NCBI GenBank assembly: GCA_951406725.2
Contig: OX597833.1
Span: 26,412,001 to 26,476,000 of the forward strand
Direction of reading: 5' to 3'
Length of the DNA: 64,000 bases
DNA from: Octopus vulgaris
Lineage: Eukaryota
Notes under the pieces: generated by a model
Seen by the model: the letters and a program-made list of their open reading frames with translations, nothing else
Databases searched by the model: none
Told to the model about the DNA's origin: nothing
Shown: positions 57,179 through 64,000 of the stretch, piece after piece
Numbering within the stretch: position 1 is the stretch's first letter
Layout: the number at the start of each line of letters is the position of its first letter
Made by a program: the position numbers and the translations under genes

Positions 57179-57620
57179 AGTAATGTTTTTATAGCAACAG
57201 AATGTGGAAGTCCTATAAAGGACGATGTTACTGTTGATTTAGTCCCAGGAAAATACCTTTTGAAGCTGGCTATCAAAACACAGCTTGTGTCCGCATAGCA
57301 TTTCCAAGGGAGGCCACCGCTCCCACCCCTAGCCTTACGTGATACACACAGACCTAGTTTTCTAGGTGTTATATGTCTTCAGTGTGAGAAAATCACTAGC
57401 TTATGGTTGTCTCACGCTGAGGATGGATACCTTCTAGAAACCTAGGTCTGTAAGTATCACGTAAGGCTACAGATGGAAGCGATGACTTCCCTTGCAAATG
57501 CTATACGGACAGAAACTCTGTGTCAATAGCCAGGAGGAATAGCTGTTTTCTTGGGGTTAAAACAACAGTAACATCGTTCTTTATAGGACTGCCACATTCT
57601 GTTGGCGTATAAATATTACT
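57179..57620. mobile_element. Fold-back element with back-to-back hammerheads at its centre
   Basis: Arms ~57179-57390 and 57410-57620; + motif 57411-57454 (CTGAGGA-TGGA..TCTA-GAAAC-CTAG-GTC); - motif 57347-57386 (CACA-CTGAAGA..GAAAA-CTAG-GTC-TGTG). Confidence 0.8.
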
Positions 57621-58458
57621 ATTCGGTACTATTGCTCTATTTCTCTCGCTCAGAAATTTAAAACAAGTTGTTTTACTCTATACGTAATTACAGCCATATG
57701 AAAAATATTTCCTTCTGAATATCAACTCACATACTCGCGCGGAATGAAGCAAAAACACATACACATATACTCACACACGCGCACTCTCACAAAGTGGCAA
57801 ACACACACACACACACACACATGCACGCACACGTACAGACACTCACACATACACATACATATTATCTGTCGCACGTATATTGTGTATGTGTTTTGCGTAT
57901 TCGCATATTCGCTGCGTCTAGCACGCTGGGAAAACTCATTAAACGACGCCGAGTGTTTAAGACCACGGAATGTCCCAGACCAGGTGAGACAACTCGCTGG
58001 TCTGGGACGTATATATAGATAGTGTACATTCCTTTTGCTGATGTGCAGCGGCGTAGTTCGTGGAAAGGAAACTTAAATTACGAATTAAAAGCAGCTCTCA
58101 CAATGTAGACATTATCGATCACACATATATAGCGTAGGTGTTTCGTTAATACGCCTATTTGCTGCGGATAGCGTCCTAGGAAAGTTTCGTTTCGAGATGT
58201 TTCGACGACATGGTACCGATGAGCCACGATAATGGCGAAATTTATCATTCTTGATCATTCTCATTTAACATATTTATCATTCTCGATCATTTCCTTTCGA
58301 GTTGGAGCATTCAGAATTCCTTAACATTCAGCATCGTGCAGGGAGCTTCTCCAGGACGCTATCCTGGAACAAATAGACGTATAATCTAAACATATACACT
58401 ATGCATAGCGACCGGATAATGTTTACATTATGAGAACTGCTTTTAATTCGTAATGTAT

Positions 58459-58559
<101 letters not shown>

Positions 58560-59640
58560 ATATATATATATATATATGTAGATCATGGTTTGTCGAGTTA
58601 CGTAGTTATATATTAGTCAATCAGATTTCAACCTACTAGACTCCTGTTTTCGCAATTTATTTCTGTATTTTCACAATTTGACACTATAATGTGTTACAAT
58701 ATTACAAGTACTTTCATGTTTTATATCAAGCTTTAGGTAGATGTTTATGTGGAAGATTTCGGAAATAGATAATGTGCTGCACATTTGACTAGTGTTTGTA
58801 TATATGTGTTTATCTTTGTGCGTGTGTGTATGCGTTTGTATACACATGTACACATCTGCATATGCACATTTGACGGACAATTGGCGGAGTCGGCAACGTG
58901 TCACTTATCGTTCAGATTTTGTATTCTCTGTATCGAACTTCTGCCGGGATAGTTTTATCTATGCCCCAGCCGTCTAAAGATATTACCAGTTGTGTTCTGA
59001 TGTTCATTTCGTCTCTACCATTCAGTCTTTCTATCTGCTGCCTTTTCTTATCCTCATTGAGAAAAAATATCTGCTGAGGTCAGACCTAGAGAGGGTCTAG
59101 TCTACCAGATCTTAAGCAGTACACAAGACAGATACACCGTCTCTACTGAGAACGCAAAGCAAAGCAACGTACGCATATATAACAATGAATATTACGGAGA
59201 TATCAAGTTGGCTCCAAGAATGATTGATTTCGCTCATGAATCCACAAAACTGCTAGTGGAATAGACTGACGTATAAGTGACTTAATATAACTCACAGATA
59301 CATGTACATTTGTGTAATAACCAATATGACATAGTACGAAGGAATATTAATCAGAATGATCATTTGATTTACAGGTATAGTCAATATAGCTGACAGGTTT
59401 GCACAAAACTTAAGTACAAATTTCGCTCATAATGTTAATGGTAGTAAAAACAGGCTCAAGATACCGTGAATTGCGATCTAATAATATCTCTCTTCCTCTC
59501 TAACTCGCGGTCTCTCTTTTCTCTCTAACCCTTCCTCTCTCTCATTCACTCTCACTCTCTCTTTTTTCTCTCTCTGTCTCTTTCTTTATAGGTAATATAA
59601 TACACCAATATATAATATGGATGTATGGATGTATATATGC

Positions 59641-59689
<49 letters not shown>

Positions 59690-59737
59690 TAGATAAATAG
59701 ATACATACATATATAGATATAATATATATATATATAG

Positions 59738-59777
<40 letters not shown>

Positions 59778-60390
59778 AACAGTACAAAAATTCTATATCA
59801 TGATGACCTTGCAATGATATAATGTTAGATATATGTTTTAATGATAGATGGAAAAAAAGAAGATATAACCATATGATCCAACGATGCCACAATATATACT
59901 AATGATTGCTTTATAACCATCAGACAAAAATAATGGGACATAAAATATATAAGAATTATACATATAATGCAAAACAATTTGATACGATATAAGTTACATA
60001 AAGAAGCGCTAAACTTGCTGCTCTAACAATATTATATAATGATGCGATATAATGGCAGCTTTAATATAGCTAATACCATACCAGAGCTGGAAGATATTAA
60101 CAAATTATATATACATGCATATAAACACACATAACACATAACGATACATATGATATATATATATGTTCTTTTCTTCTTTTATCCTCTTATTTGTTTCAGT
60201 CATTTGACTGCTGATATGCTGGAGCACCATATACATACATACATACATATATATACATATACATATATATATATATACATATACATATATATATACATAT
60301 ACATATATATATATACACGCATACATATACATATATATATATATATACATATAACATATTCTATATATATATAGTATACCCCGTATATAT

Positions 60391-60674
60391 CCTGGATATA
60401 TATAAGGATAAGTCATATATATATATACTATACCTATACCGAGTCTGATATAACAATAACATATATGTGTATATACATATATATATAGTATTCATATATC
60501 ATATATATATCCCCGCCACATATACATATATATATTGTCCTGGGTGTCCTGGCTGTTCTCATCAGACAGGTACATATACATATATATATATAGAAATATA
60601 CATATATATATATATATATATATATGGGACACATACAATAACAACATAAATAATACACTCATATATATATATTG

Positions 60675-60737
<63 letters not shown>

Positions 60738-61424
60738 ATATAATTCTGAAAAGTAATTTTCATACAATAACACATACACGCATACGAACGAAAGCATATT
60801 TGTGTCCGTGATGACCAGTACATATAGACTTCTTGAATTCTACTCCATTGTTGTATTACCGTACTATTCAAATGTTTACCCTGGAAAAATAAGGAGAAGT
60901 CATAAGGGTACTGACACTTACCTTGCGTAGTCTCCGAGTCTGATATAACAACAACATTTGGGATATGTGTTATGTCGGGTGAGACCCGGGGTGATGGCAG
61001 TATGTCAAAGCTATCATCTTCGCTATCCCCGCCACATAGGGGTAGCAATTTATTGTCCTGGGTGTCCTGGCTGTTCTCATCAGACAGGTACCCATTATGA
61101 GGCGACTGGTCGGGTAAGCTGTAAAGAAAATAAAATTATTATAAAATGTGGGACACAACAATAACAACATAAATAATACACCTCAATTTCACATGTGTAA
61201 GGTTATTGTAACGCAAAAGATTCAACATTAATTTTTATCTGTTGGAAAGTAAACATTTTCACTCTGTCATTAACTTCTGAAATGTAATTTTCATAAAACT
61301 CCTCCATCATGATGCGCTGACGTTTGTTTCCGTGATTGACCAGTCGCATATTTAGTCTTCTTGAGGTATGTCTAATCAAAATCATTGTTTTATTACCGTT
61401 CACTATTCAAATGTTTACCCTGGA
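60391..61424. repeat. Tandem duplication of a ~540-bp unit; left copy interleaved with TA microsatellite
   Basis: Shared blocks CCGAGTCTGATATAACAA, TATTGTCCTGGGTGTCCTGGCTGTTCTCATCAGACAGGTAC and ACTATTCAAATGTTTACCCTGGA in the same order. Confidence 0.85.
60922..61118 (-). other. Candidate 197-nt exon encoding an acidic disordered peptide with a SIM-like motif
   Basis: TTTTCTTTACAG acceptor, CAAG|GTAAGT donor, open frame [17 protein letters not shown]...PNVVVISDSETTQ. Confidence 0.35.
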
Positions 61425-61571
61425 TTTTTAATTCGAGTTAGAATCCTCAAGAAAAAGAAAAAGCGAGTGGTGGGGAGACTGAGAGAGAGAGATCTAGATA
61501 TTACCCTCACGCATGAGGGTGAATTTCTGTGTATATGTGTGTGTGAGAGAGAGTATGCGTGTGAGAGACTA

Positions 61572-61606
<35 letters not shown>

Positions 61607-62010
61607 TGTGTGTTCAGGCGCTGACATACATACACATAGGTAAGTGTGTTTGGATCTGTTCTCAATACTATAGTAAAGGTTCATGTCTTATTATGCTGGA
61701 GTTTGTCCGTTCCTAAAATGTGTTTCGGCTATCAAGTGCACAGTGTCTGCAGGCAAGTTACCACACACACACACACAAACACACACACACAGACACGCAC
61801 ACACATACACAAATACATACACAAACATATCTTATATGTTTAACTTTTTACTTGTTTCAGTCATTGGACTGTGGCCACGCTCGGGCACCACGTTGGGGTA
61901 CATTTTCTTGCTTGAGTCGTCGAGACACAAGTCACTTTAGATTGATCGATCTGGGCTTTCAACAACACCAGCACCCCAGATACACATTTACGCTAAACAA
62001 ATCAGTGGCG

Positions 62011-62061
<51 letters not shown>

Positions 62062-64000
62062 TGATGCTGAGATAGAGAGAGACCGATTCCATGAAATGTG
62101 AGTACGATCATTCTCTGGAGAGAACGAAAGTCTTTTAGAGCTAACATTCTCTGATGATCGTTGGTGCATATTTCGTGTTCAAACTGAGATGCAGACAATT
62201 AAACTCTTATCCCCTATTCACCACCTTTGCTCAAATTACACGATCAAACGATGAACGATTTCGTTGTATTTGAGCTCAACACGAATGGAAGTATTCTTCC
62301 ATCTCATATTCACCTCCGCTTTCGCGATTTTACACCTGACAGATTATAAATTGATGGCTTAACATGGAAATGCATTTTCACATGTTTCTCTCAAAATGCA
62401 ATAAGAACTTGCAGCTGTTAACATTGCAACAGCTGCGCTAAATATTTCGGATATCAACCGTAAAGCATGGCTGTTGTTGTTGTTGGGGATGGTGGCACTG
62501 GTTGTAGTTCTAATGATTGTCGTTTGCGTGGAGATGGTAGTGGTGCGTGGGCATGTGTCGGTTCGAAGAATTTAAAATTGCGCTTTAATACACCTAGCAG
62601 TGATTTGTTTTCTTTTATCTTCTTTTAAATCTCCACTCCTAACCAATCAAACGCAGTTTGCTACCTCTGCTACTATAACTGCGTTTAGCAATAACAAAAA
62701 CAACAACAATAATAATAATAATCATAATAATAATTTACAATGGTTTCAAATTTTGGCACAGTCTTGAGGGGAAGGGGCAAATCAATTACTTCAACCACAT
62801 TACTGGAGCGACACTTTATTTTATCAAGATCTAAAGAATGAATGGCATATTTGAACTCAAAAAGACCCGGAAGAAATACCGTTAAGCATTTTGTCCGATG
62901 CTCTAATGATTCTGCTGAAGAAGAGGAGCAGGGGGAAGGGGAAGATGAAGAAGAAAACGGAAGAGAAGAAAAGGGAGGAGACTTTTCTTTATTGATAGAC
63001 CAACATCGTGATTCCACATGCTATATCCAGCTCGATAGAGAACATACTCCTCCGCAGATCGATAAGCCCTTTTGCAAATTCTCTTTTAAAGCATCCGAAA
63101 GCACTCAACTTTTTTGAAATACAGAGGAATGTCACCTTCCTCCTTATTCTTTCCGATATAGTTTTGTCGAATATTTCACGTGTATACTTTCACTAGTTCC
63201 TTCCATGATGCTGAAAATATGTATATAGGCACGTATATAACTAATATAATTAAGAATTTCGCAACTACGTGTTTTGGGGTTCATTTCCATTCCATAGGTC
63301 CTTAGGGTAAATGACTTTTAGCCTAGTTGCGCCACGACTACTGCATTCTGGGTGTAATATCGTGGATCAAAACTATGGAAAAAGACGGAAACATTCATAT
63401 GTGAAAACACACAAGTACACATTTATATGAATGTGTGTGTTAATGTTTATGTCAATGCGTGTGCATGTGTGTGTTTGTGTACATCTATGTACATCTGTGC
63501 ATTTGCATTAAAACTTCCTTAAGAATTGGTGATATGTTTATGTTCCGTCGACTTCAAGCATGCTAAGGCGATCGCCATGGATCGAAAAACATGGAATAAC
63601 AACACCATCGGCATCCAACGGCATCCACATCTAATAGTTGACAGAATAGCCTCACTCTACGGTCGCCAGTTTGGGATTTATTTACTAACCTTTTACGTCT
63701 GACGAATAGGAATTGATAAGATAATAATCAGTTTCTGTCAAAATCACTTAGAAAGGCAGTCACGAGTTTTCGTGCTTAGGATATTAGTCTAACGATCTTT
63801 AAGCCATGTTTCTCAGACCTGATCGGTGAGCAGTGTCCTTGGATGAGATATTCCTTTCAATGCTCAATCAACTAAAAATGGGTAGCAGCCAGGAAAGGCT
63901 TACTTTTGCGGTTTTGGTTACCCAAGCATTCGGAAACAAGTATATGCCTCGACCTCATTAGACTGCAGGCTAGCGACATACATAGGTTGTTATTATCGAT

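Noticed and set aside
57970-58010. pre-miRNA
   Set aside because: Hairpin of ~40 nt is too short for a canonical precursor

Overview
AT-rich, microsatellite-saturated animal genomic DNA. The repeat families look cephalopod (Octopus-like); this is an inference, not a database result. No intact host protein-coding gene can be supported, and most of the six-frame ORFs are microsatellite translations. Real content: (1) a near full-length R4/Dong-clade non-LTR retrotransposon (RT plus restriction-like endonuclease) sitting inside (TAA)n tracts at 33.0-37.1 kb, with older Dong fragments at 20.8-22.7 kb; (2) a complete but dead DD34E Tc1 transposon with 39-bp TIRs and TA TSD; (3) at least four tRNA-derived SINE families, an RTE-like 5' region and old mariner relics. 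The most unusual signal is about a dozen minimal type I hammerhead-ribozyme-like motifs (CUGANGA...GAAAC-palindrome-GUH) from several sequence families. Many lie in short non-coding fold-back elements with a ribozyme in each inverted arm, and one forms the tail of a tRNA-headed SINE. Together these suggest a Penelope/retrozyme-type set of non-autonomous ribozyme elements. Also seen: three cases of short DNA apparently copied from within 0.7-2.3 kb, and a ~540-bp tandem unit carrying an exon-like segment with a SUMO-interacting-like motif.
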